Part shown: in pieces, positions 26,806 to 34,695 of the stretch
How positions within the stretch are numbered: position 1 is the stretch's first letter
Layout: every line of letters starts with the position of its first letter
Origin: an uncultured Bacteroidia bacterium
GTDB taxonomy: Bacteria; Bacteroidota; Bacteroidia; JAIBAJ01
Length of the DNA stretch: 64,000 nucleotides
NCBI GenBank assembly: GCA_965284645.1
Contig: OZ260106.1
Location: 342,992-406,991 of the forward strand
Direction: 5' to 3'
Notes under the pieces: generated by a model
Told to the model about the DNA's origin: nothing
The model's input: the letters and a program-made list of their open reading frames with translations, nothing else
Databases searched by the model: none
Made by a program: the position numbers and the translations under genes

Positions 26806-28461
26806 ATGCTTGAAAGTCTTTCCATAAAGAATTTTGCTATCATCGACGACCTGGAGGTGCGATTTTCCTCAGGATTCAATGTAATCACAGGCGAAACCGG
26901 TGCTGGAAAATCAATTATGGTGCAGGCTTTAGGACTTACACTGGGCGAAAGGGCCGATAGCACCTCCCTTCGCGACAAAACGCAAAAATGTGTGGTAGAA
27001 CTGGTGATGAGTCTTCAAAACCTTTCTGTTCAAGCTTTTTTTCAGGCAAACGATCTGGATTATGCCAACGAAACAATCATTCGCAGAGAAATCAATCCGG
27101 AAGGAAAATCCCGGGCATTTATCAATGACACCCCTGTAAACCTGGCCGTATTAAAGGAGTTTTCTCGATTGATTGTCGACCTTCACTCCCAACATCAAAA
27201 CCTGGATGCCGCCGACTCCCAATTCAGATTACGCTCCCTCGACCAATTTGCAGGAAATTCAGCCTTGCTGCTTGAAATCGGACAGCTTTTCAAACAGTTG
27301 GATGCCAAGAAAAAAGAACTTAGAGAACTTCAACAAAAGGAAGCGGAACTGAAACGTAACCTGGATTTCAACCAATTTCAATGGAACGAATTGGAAGAAG
27401 CCAAGTTGAGTCCGGGCATGGTAGAAGAGTTGGAAACGGAACAAAAACGATTGGAGAATACAGGTGAAATAAAAACCTTGGTAATTGGGGCAGTGGATGC
27501 TCTTCAAAATGGCGACTTTACCATCCTTTCCAACCTCAATACCTTAAAAGGCTTTTTGTCCAGTTTATCCAAACTTGATGAATCAACCCTGCCCTATTTG
27601 GAAAGGGTACAAACGGTTTTGGTCGATCTCAAAGACTTGGTGCAAGAACTTGATTCCTATGGCGATTCGGTGGTGGATAATCCGGCTCGATTGGATGAAG
27701 TAAACGAACGCCTCGATAAGGTTTACCGTTTGCTGCGTAAACACAACCTGCAACAAGTGGAACAACTCTTAAGCTTACAAACCCAATTGGAAGAAGCGAT
27801 TTCCAAAGCTGAGAATTTCGACGCCGAACGAACCAAAGCCGAATCAGAAGTAGAAAAAGCCTTGCAAGCCTACAAAGAAGTAGCCCAAAAACTTAGCATC
27901 GAGCGAAGTAAATATGCTACGGTGTTCGCTAAACTTGTATCCAACGTGCTGGTTGAACTTTCGATGCCTAATGCCCAATTCGAAATTCAAGTACAAACCT
28001 TACCAGAGCCTAGCCCTTTGGGAATGGATGCTATTTATTGGATGTTCAGCTCCAACAAAGGTTCTGAACTAAAAGATGCCTCTAAAGCGGCTTCGGGCGG
28101 GGAATTATCGCGTTTGATGCTGGCTATAAAAGCAAGCTTGGCCCAAAAAGCCGAACTGCCCAGTTTGATATTGGACGAAATCGATACCGGTGTTTCGGGC
28201 GAAGTAGCCTCCCGAATCGCTAATTTAATGAAAGGTATTTCGCAAAAAATGCAGGTGGTGGCCATTACCCACCTACCCCAAGTAGCTGCTCGAGCCCACC
28301 ATCATTTATTTGTATTCAAAGGGGAAATAAAAGGAAAAACAACCACCCAAATTAGAATTTTAAGTCCTGAAGAAAAAGTCAGTGCAGTGGCCGCTATGTT
28401 GAGCGACGGAAAAGTGTCGGCCCCCGCTATGGAAAATGCCCGAGCCTTAATCGAGGCTTAA
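26806..28461 (+). CDS. recN: DNA repair protein RecN
   Basis: 551 aa. Shows the Walker A motif ITGETGAGKS, a long coiled-coil, the C-terminal SMC signature ..ASGGELSRLMLA.. and Walker B LILDEIDTGVSG. Confidence 0.9.
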   Translation: MLESLSIKNFAIIDDLEVRFSSGFNVITGETGAGKSIMVQALGLTLGERADSTSLRDKTQKCVVELVMSLQNLSVQAFFQANDLDYANETIIRREINPEGKSRAFINDTPVNLAVLKEFSRLIVDLHSQHQNLDAADSQFRLRSLDQFAGNSALLLEIGQLFKQLDAKKKELRELQQKEAELKRNLDFNQFQWNELEEAKLSPGMVEELETEQKRLENTGEIKTLVIGAVDALQNGDFTILSNLNTLKGFLSSLSKLDESTLPYLERVQTVLVDLKDLVQELDSYGDSVVDNPARLDEVNERLDKVYRLLRKHNLQQVEQLLSLQTQLEEAISKAENFDAERTKAESEVEKALQAYKEVAQKLSIERSKYATVFAKLVSNVLVELSMPNAQFEIQVQTLPEPSPLGMDAIYWMFSSNKGSELKDASKAASGGELSRLMLAIKASLAQKAELPSLILDEIDTGVSGEVASRIANLMKGISQKMQVVAITHLPQVAARAHHHLFVFKGEIKGKTTTQIRILSPEEKVSAVAAMLSDGKVSAPAMENARALIEA

Positions 28462-28616
28462 CTAGGCTAAAAAACAGAAACCTTCTCCATTCTTCTTGGC
28501 CGATTGGAACTGAATTTTATTCAGACTTTAGTGTCAACTTGTCCAATGGATAGGTGGCCAACACCAAACTTTCAAAAATCTTTTTATTTAACCATTCTAT
28601 CTTCTATTTTTACCGC

Positions 28617-30461
28617 ATGCCACGCCTATACCTTTTTTTACTCCTCGTTTGGAGCGGCCTTTCTACGGCTTTGGGCACCAACCCTCTGAAATTTTCGGTA
28701 GACCTCACCAAAATTACCGACGATCGATTAAAAGTAGAACTGCAAACACCCAACTTTTCAGAAGAAAACCTAGTCTATTCCTTCCCTAAAATGGTGCCCG
28801 GAACCTACAAAGTGTATGATTTCGGACGCTTTGTGGAGGAGTTGAAAGCTTTCGACCAAACCGGAAACGAACTTAAAGTCGAACACCCCAATTCCTGCGA
28901 TTGGATCATTCCTCAGTCCAACAAATTGGCCAAAATCGAATATTGGGTAAACGACACTTGGGATGCCGACACTGCAAACTTTGTCTTCGAACCTGCCGGA
29001 ACCAACTTCCAAACAGATACCAATGTGGTATTGAACAACCATACGCTATTTGGCTATTTTAAAGGAAAAACCGAAACGCCCTATGAAATTACGGTTAAGA
29101 AGCCAAGCGGCTTTTATGGAGCTACAAGCCTTATTTCTTTGCAGTCATCAACCAACCAGGATGTATTTAAAACCATTCGCTACAACGACCTGGTCGATGC
29201 CCCGTTGATGTATTGCAAACCCGATACCACAGCCATGGAAATTGGAGGTGCACAAATTCTGTTTTCGGTTTACAGCCCCAACAAGCAAGTAAGTGCCAAG
29301 TTTGTCGGGCAACAGATTAAACCTATACTCGAAGCAGCGAAAAATTACCTCGGTGGACAATTACCAATCAAGAAATACGCTTTTATCATCTATTTGTTCG
29401 ATGGGTTCAGTGGTTCAGGTTCGGCAGGCGCCCTCGAACATAGCTACAGCAGCATGTATTTTTTACCCGAACAAGATAGCATTAGCATCAGCCAAACCGT
29501 TCGGGATGTGGCGGCCCATGAATTTTACCACATCATCACTCCTTTGAATATCCATTCAGAAGAAATCGGGAATTTCGATTTTTCAAACCCAAAAATGAGT
29601 CGACACCTCTGGCTTTATGAAGGGGTTACCGAATACACCGCCCACTATGTGCAATTGCGTGAAAAACTCAAAACAGAAAAGGAGTTTATGGAAGAAATGC
29701 AGCACAAAATTCGCACTTCACGCAAGTATTTCAACGACAGCCTACCTTTCACCGAAATGAGCTTGGGATGCCTCGGACAATACGAAGACCAGTACCAAAA
29801 TGTATACGAAAAAGGGGCCTTGATCGGACTTTGTTTGGATGTTAAATTGCGGCAGCTTACCAAGGGTGCCAAGGGGTTGCAGGACATAATCAATAGCTTG
29901 GCCAAGAAATATCCGAAAGAAAAATCCTTTAAAGATCCGGATTTGATTCCAGAAATAGTGGCCCTTACTTTTCCTGAAATTGGTGAGTTTTTCAAAAATT
30001 TCATTGAGGGCAACAAACCGCTCCCATTTGAGGAAATATTTTCGGCCATAGGCTACAGCTACCGGGCCAAGGAGTATTCCAAAGACTTTTCGTTTGGTAG
30101 TTTGAAAATGATTATTAACCAGGAAAACAAACGTTTGATCGTTTACGATACCAACGACATGGACGATTTTGGAAAGCTGCTAGGTTTTAAAGTTGGCGAC
30201 CAGATTATGGCCATCAACGGAAAGAATGTTAACCAGCTGAATTTCAGGGAGGTGAAAACAAATTGGTACAACGGTGTTAAAGAAGGCGACCTGTTCAAAA
30301 TAAAAGTAATGCGAATGAACGAAAACGGCCATTTACGTCGCAAGGTCTTAAAAGCCAGGGCTGTACGTGTACAATTGATGCGTGAGGATGTACTCGAAAA
30401 ACTCAGCAATCCAAGTCCGGAACAAGTTCAGATGCTAAACTGGTGGATAGGCAAAAGCTAG
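28617..30461 (+). CDS. Secreted M61-like zinc metallopeptidase with C-terminal PDZ domain
   Basis: The start was chosen at Met22 (MPRLYLFLLLVWSGLSTALG signal peptide). Shows HExxH as VAAHEFYHIITP and a C-terminal PDZ (GFKVGDQIMAINGKNV). This architecture equals peptidase M61 (glycyl aminopeptidase-like). Confidence 0.7.
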   Translation: MPRLYLFLLLVWSGLSTALGTNPLKFSVDLTKITDDRLKVELQTPNFSEENLVYSFPKMVPGTYKVYDFGRFVEELKAFDQTGNELKVEHPNSCDWIIPQSNKLAKIEYWVNDTWDADTANFVFEPAGTNFQTDTNVVLNNHTLFGYFKGKTETPYEITVKKPSGFYGATSLISLQSSTNQDVFKTIRYNDLVDAPLMYCKPDTTAMEIGGAQILFSVYSPNKQVSAKFVGQQIKPILEAAKNYLGGQLPIKKYAFIIYLFDGFSGSGSAGALEHSYSSMYFLPEQDSISISQTVRDVAAHEFYHIITPLNIHSEEIGNFDFSNPKMSRHLWLYEGVTEYTAHYVQLREKLKTEKEFMEEMQHKIRTSRKYFNDSLPFTEMSLGCLGQYEDQYQNVYEKGALIGLCLDVKLRQLTKGAKGLQDIINSLAKKYPKEKSFKDPDLIPEIVALTFPEIGEFFKNFIEGNKPLPFEEIFSAIGYSYRAKEYSKDFSFGSLKMIINQENKRLIVYDTNDMDDFGKLLGFKVGDQIMAINGKNVNQLNFREVKTNWYNGVKEGDLFKIKVMRMNENGHLRRKVLKARAVRVQLMREDVLEKLSNPSPEQVQMLNWWIGKS

Positions 30462-30480
30462 ATAAGCTTCTTTTTTACTT

Positions 30481-31015
30481 TTTGGCGGGTCCCTTTTCGG
30501 CCACAACCATACTACCCTGAATAAACTATTTTCCTGGGCCTAAAAGGTCGCGCTTTCGCTAGTACTCCTCGGTCTGCTCCGTGCCTACGCAGCCCTGTGG
30601 GGTACCACGCTCTATCGCTACCCGGGGTTCTTCGTGCCCGGGTGTAGGTGAAGTACGGGGCTGTGGTATTTCATGCCGTGGCAATAAAAATGAGGGAAAT
30701 AGTAGTGAGAAATAAGTAGTGAGAAAATAGAAAATAATACTGAACTACCAATCCAGGATATCCCATAACTCATATCCCATAACTCATATCTCACAACTCA
30801 TATCTCATATCTCATAACCTTCCTCACTACTCTTTTCTCTTTTCTCTTTTCTCACTTTACATTCTTCCGTCCGGGAAGGGATAGAAGCGGATAACCCACA
30901 GGGATGCGTAGGCACGGAGCAGACCGAGGATTAGAAGCGAATAGCCCGGTGCTTTCGCCAGGGTACACTATATTGTCTGGCACTACAGCTAAATGGCGAA
31001 AGCAGCCCGCCAAAT
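30481..31015. repeat. Family-1 GC-rich palindromic (foldback) element, full-length copy C (about 535 bp)
   Basis: TTTGGCGGGTCCCTTTTCGGCCACAACCATACTACCC.. on the left and ..CAGCCCGCCAAA on the right. The arms are CTCCTCGGTCTGCTCCGTGCCTACGCAGCCCTGTGGGGTACCACGCTCTATCGCTACCCGGGG.. and ..CCGGGAAGGGATAGAAGCGGATAACCCACAGGGATGCGTAGGCACGGAGCAGACCGAGG... The AT-rich centre has CCCATAACTCATATC repeats. It is collinear with copy B throughout. Confidence 0.85.
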
Positions 31016-31029
31016 CAAAAAAAATGGAC

Positions 31030-34000
31030 TTAAAACGCTCTGCTTATACCCAGCATCCACCTGAACTGGAAATTGGCAGGATCAATGGCTGGCGTGCGGT
31101 TTAGCCACAGTGGAAAATCGGCCCGAATGGTCAAAGGATGAACCTTTTGCAAAAAGCCCCATTTTTTTACGGTAAAGGCAATTCCAACCCCAGCATCGGC
31201 TCTGAAGGGTCCGAGCTTGAACTTTTCCTTAGGCAAATTGGCATTCAAAACACCGGCATCGGCAAACAAATAGGCATCCAAATCGAAGTATTCGCCCAGT
31301 TTTTTAGGCTTCCAACCAAAGTATTTGTCAAACTCAAGTTCCACGTTAACCGAAGCGCCCGAAGTAGAGGCATAATTCAAAATGATGTTTCCATTATCGT
31401 CGGTGGTAGGTGCCAAATAGCCCGCATATCCGCGTAAATTGAGCCCTCCCCCATATTGCATGTGTCGGATATTATCGCCCATGCCCGTCCAGGAAGTTGG
31501 AAAAAACGCAGCCGAACGAACATATTTATTGTCCATCATTTCTTCGGGACTAGCCCCGGCCAAATACAGTTTGCTCTCTTGTGGGATGCTGCTTCCAGTG
31601 CCCAATAAGGCGAAGAAACGGGTGTTGAAGCCAAACTTATCGAGACGATTTTTGTTTACTACTTGGAAAGCCATTTGCGAAAAATTGTACTGGCTACCCG
31701 GGCCAATGGTTTTTACCCAAAACTGAATATTCCCTTGTCCGTTTACATATTGGTATTTATGCTCCAACCCAACTATAACTTGGCTGTTGAGCTTATTCAT
31801 GGTCCAATCGTCGGGATTGTGGAGGTAATTCAACTGGTTGCTTCCATGGCGGTACATGCCTTTGAAATTCAAGAAAAACCGGTTTTTAGAATCCTTGCTG
31901 AACTTTTCGAAGCCTAGATTATAGCCTTGCATCCCATCCAACCATTTCAGGTTGAGGCTAATCCATGAATTTTTGGAAAGCCTATCGAGATTGGTTTTAT
32001 AGTTAAAATTGAACGATAAGATATCAAAACCATTGATGCCAGCGGAGGTATCGGGACGGTATTGCAAAAAGCCGGAATTGGCCCAAGCACTTAAACTGAA
32101 AATATGGGCATGGTTCAAATAATTACCGTTGACATTAAAGCCCAATTTCAAGCCATCGTAGAAATTATACCAGATATCAGGACGGGCATAAATTTCGTAA
32201 TGGCGCCAATCCGAAGCATTGGAAATTTGGCTATCGAAATGCAGCCGGGTTTTGCCTTTCTTATTGTTATTCAGCATGTTGATATCGGCCAAGCGGTTTG
32301 ACGGATCGATAACAACATCCTTGATACCGTTTTCAGCAACTACTTTGAAGGTGTAGGTAGGATTTACCTTTCCCCAGCCAATCCAGCGGGGTAAAACATT
32401 GGCATCCGTTTTCTTTACGAACCAGTTGTTGGGAATATGAAAATCATAGGAAGTCGTATCATCTACCACTACTTTGAAATCCAAGGGCATCTGCATTTCC
32501 TCCTTCCGTTCGAAAGTAATGGCATAGGTGTTTTTCTCCTCTGCTTTTCGGATCGATTTTACGGAATAGTCGATGCGTTTGGTTGTCTCGAGCCATTGGT
32601 CAAAAAACCAGTTGAGATCTACTTTTGTAAACCGAATAAAGCTATTGCGAAAATCTTCCATGTAAGGATGTGCGCAATGCCATTGTTTAAAATAGTTTTT
32701 CAGAGCGGCTGAAAAAAGGCTGTCGCCCAACACATATTGCAGGTTATGCAGCATGGTAGCTGTTTTGAAATACACATTTCGGTATCCACCGCCATGGCCT
32801 AGGGCCGTTTCAAACTCGTCGCTATGGGTATTCAAGGGTTTATCGTTTTCGCGAATAGCCTCGTTGAGGTAGTTATTCATAAAGTAACGGTCAGTCACTA
32901 AGTCGCGGCGTTTGAAATTACGCACATAGGCATTTTTGATGGGTGCTACGGTATCGTAATCGCCGTCGATTTTGCGTTGAGCAATGGTTTCGATATATTG
33001 GGTAAAGCCTTCGTCCAATGCAGCCCGGTAGGTTTCATTGTTTCCCACCATGCCATAAAACCAGTTATGTCCGATTTCGTGGGCAAACAGGCTTCGGTAA
33101 TCCGGGTCGCTGCCACCATCGAGGGTAAGCATAGGGTATTCCATTCCGTCGCGGGCATCGGCTACCACCATTTTCGGATAAATATACCGACCAATTTCCT
33201 TGCTATAGGTTTTTATGACTTCGGCGGTATATTCAGCAGCATTTTGCCATTTAGAGGCGTGGGGTTCCTGCACTACAGCAATGCAACGTATCCCTTGCCA
33301 ATTCACTTCTCCGATGCGGTAATTTGGATCGGCAGTGAAGGCAAAATCGTGCACATTTTCAGCATGGTATTTCCATGTTTTGGTAATTGTAGAGTCGTAT
33401 TCAATTACAACGGAAGGTTTGGAATCCCAAGGTTTGTCTTTGAAATTTTTGATATCCAAACGGGCTCTCAATTCTTTGGGAAGCACTTCGCTTTCGTTGA
33501 GCAGTTCGCCGGTTGCTTCCACGATGTAATTATTGGCAAAGGTGAGTTCCACATCGTAGGTTCCGTAATCGCCATAAAACTCTTTGCCTAAATGTTGCTG
33601 GGTATCCCAACCCATTTTTTCATCATAAACGGAGATTCGCGGATACCAATGAACACCATCAAAATGGAGGGAACCGGACGACATAAATACCTTCATTCGA
33701 CGTCGAAGGCTTCCGGCATCAAAAAAGGTTTTGAATTGCATGGTAAACGTGGTGCTTTGTCCGGGTAGCAAAGGCTCGGATAAATAAACCTTCATAATGG
33801 TATTGTCGAGTTCGGTAAGCAGCGCTTTTCCTTTCGATTCCATCTTTAACACCCGGGTTCCGAGCTTTCGCGATTCATAGCCACCATATTTAGGTGGGTT
33901 ACCATTGTTTTCGTTGAGGGAATGCGCATAACTGCCTGGTTGAAAGGCATTTTGGTACAAATGAAAATAGACGAACTTGAGTGTATCGGGCGAGTTATTC

Positions 34001-34209
34001 CAATAGGTCAACTCCTCCTGACCGGTAATGACCATGGTTTTTTCATTGACCGCAGCCTTGATTTTATACTGAACATCTTGCTGCCAGTAACCGGCTCGAG
34101 GCAAACGATTTTTCCAATAATGTGGGTTTTGCTGGCTACGGTAGAAGTTTTGAGCATTGACTTGGAAAAGACAAACTAATCCAATACAGGTAAAAAGGGA
34201 TCTAAGCAT
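31030..34209 (-). CDS. M1-family zinc metallopeptidase fused to a C-terminal outer-membrane beta-barrel-like domain
   Basis: 1059 aa. Has a signal peptide (MLRSLFTCIGLVCLFQVNAQN) and the gluzincin site HEIGHNWFYGMVGNNETYRAALDEGF (HExxH-x18-E) with an upstream DGMEYPM (GxMEN-like). The last about 400 aa show an amphipathic beta-strand pattern and end ..FRWMLGISRAF (terminal Phe). Confidence 0.7.
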   Translation of the reverse strand: MLRSLFTCIGLVCLFQVNAQNFYRSQQNPHYWKNRLPRAGYWQQDVQYKIKAAVNEKTMVITGQEELTYWNNSPDTLKFVYFHLYQNAFQPGSYAHSLNENNGNPPKYGGYESRKLGTRVLKMESKGKALLTELDNTIMKVYLSEPLLPGQSTTFTMQFKTFFDAGSLRRRMKVFMSSGSLHFDGVHWYPRISVYDEKMGWDTQQHLGKEFYGDYGTYDVELTFANNYIVEATGELLNESEVLPKELRARLDIKNFKDKPWDSKPSVVIEYDSTITKTWKYHAENVHDFAFTADPNYRIGEVNWQGIRCIAVVQEPHASKWQNAAEYTAEVIKTYSKEIGRYIYPKMVVADARDGMEYPMLTLDGGSDPDYRSLFAHEIGHNWFYGMVGNNETYRAALDEGFTQYIETIAQRKIDGDYDTVAPIKNAYVRNFKRRDLVTDRYFMNNYLNEAIRENDKPLNTHSDEFETALGHGGGYRNVYFKTATMLHNLQYVLGDSLFSAALKNYFKQWHCAHPYMEDFRNSFIRFTKVDLNWFFDQWLETTKRIDYSVKSIRKAEEKNTYAITFERKEEMQMPLDFKVVVDDTTSYDFHIPNNWFVKKTDANVLPRWIGWGKVNPTYTFKVVAENGIKDVVIDPSNRLADINMLNNNKKGKTRLHFDSQISNASDWRHYEIYARPDIWYNFYDGLKLGFNVNGNYLNHAHIFSLSAWANSGFLQYRPDTSAGINGFDILSFNFNYKTNLDRLSKNSWISLNLKWLDGMQGYNLGFEKFSKDSKNRFFLNFKGMYRHGSNQLNYLHNPDDWTMNKLNSQVIVGLEHKYQYVNGQGNIQFWVKTIGPGSQYNFSQMAFQVVNKNRLDKFGFNTRFFALLGTGSSIPQESKLYLAGASPEEMMDNKYVRSAAFFPTSWTGMGDNIRHMQYGGGLNLRGYAGYLAPTTDDNGNIILNYASTSGASVNVELEFDKYFGWKPKKLGEYFDLDAYLFADAGVLNANLPKEKFKLGPFRADAGVGIAFTVKKWGFLQKVHPLTIRADFPLWLNRTPAIDPANFQFRWMLGISRAF

Positions 34210-34221
34210 AAGGAATAAAGA

Positions 34222-34497
34222 CTATTGGCCGTGTTTCTTTTTCAAACGTTCGTATTCGCGTTGGGCTAAAATATCGGCATCTCCGCCATAGGCACTGAAG
34301 TAGGCAAAAACCACTCCCAATCCCCATCCGATGGTGCACCACATTGGCCAAGGATGACCTCTTTCGCCATCAGCCCCACCAATGGCCCAAAGTGCCCACA
34401 AAAAGGCATTTATTACCAAATAGGCCATCAAATGGCGTTGAAAACCGGCTCTTTTTTTGGCCATTTTCCATAACTCTTTGTCTTTTTTCGATTCCAT
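34222..34497 (-). CDS. 2TM-domain small membrane protein
   Basis: About 92 aa from Met40 of the track ORF (MESKKDKELWKMAKKRAGFQRHLMAYLVINAFLWALWAIGG...GWGLGVVFAYFSAYG). It has a basic amphipathic N-terminus plus two TM helices, matching the 2TM (PF13239-like) pattern. Confidence 0.6.
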   Translation of the reverse strand: MESKKDKELWKMAKKRAGFQRHLMAYLVINAFLWALWAIGGADGERGHPWPMWCTIGWGLGVVFAYFSAYGGDADILAQREYERLKKKHGQ

Positions 34498-34695
34498 GCT
34501 GGTTTGGAGATTTAGGAATGGTAAAAGTAGAATTTTTAGCAAAAGAAAGGTGATGGTTTTCCTTTGAAATTCTGAAACTTTCCAATTAGCCTTTTGCCTT
34601 ATTTTAATTAACATTGTGAATTAGAGAATTAGGAATTTAAATCCCAAGCCACAAAACCCGTACTTTTGTCCTACTAACAACCCTACTATTCGGTT

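Noticed and set aside
32977-33591. 204-aa plus-strand ORF
   Set aside because: It is antisense to the M1 peptidase gene. It is hydrophobic and low-complexity with no motifs.
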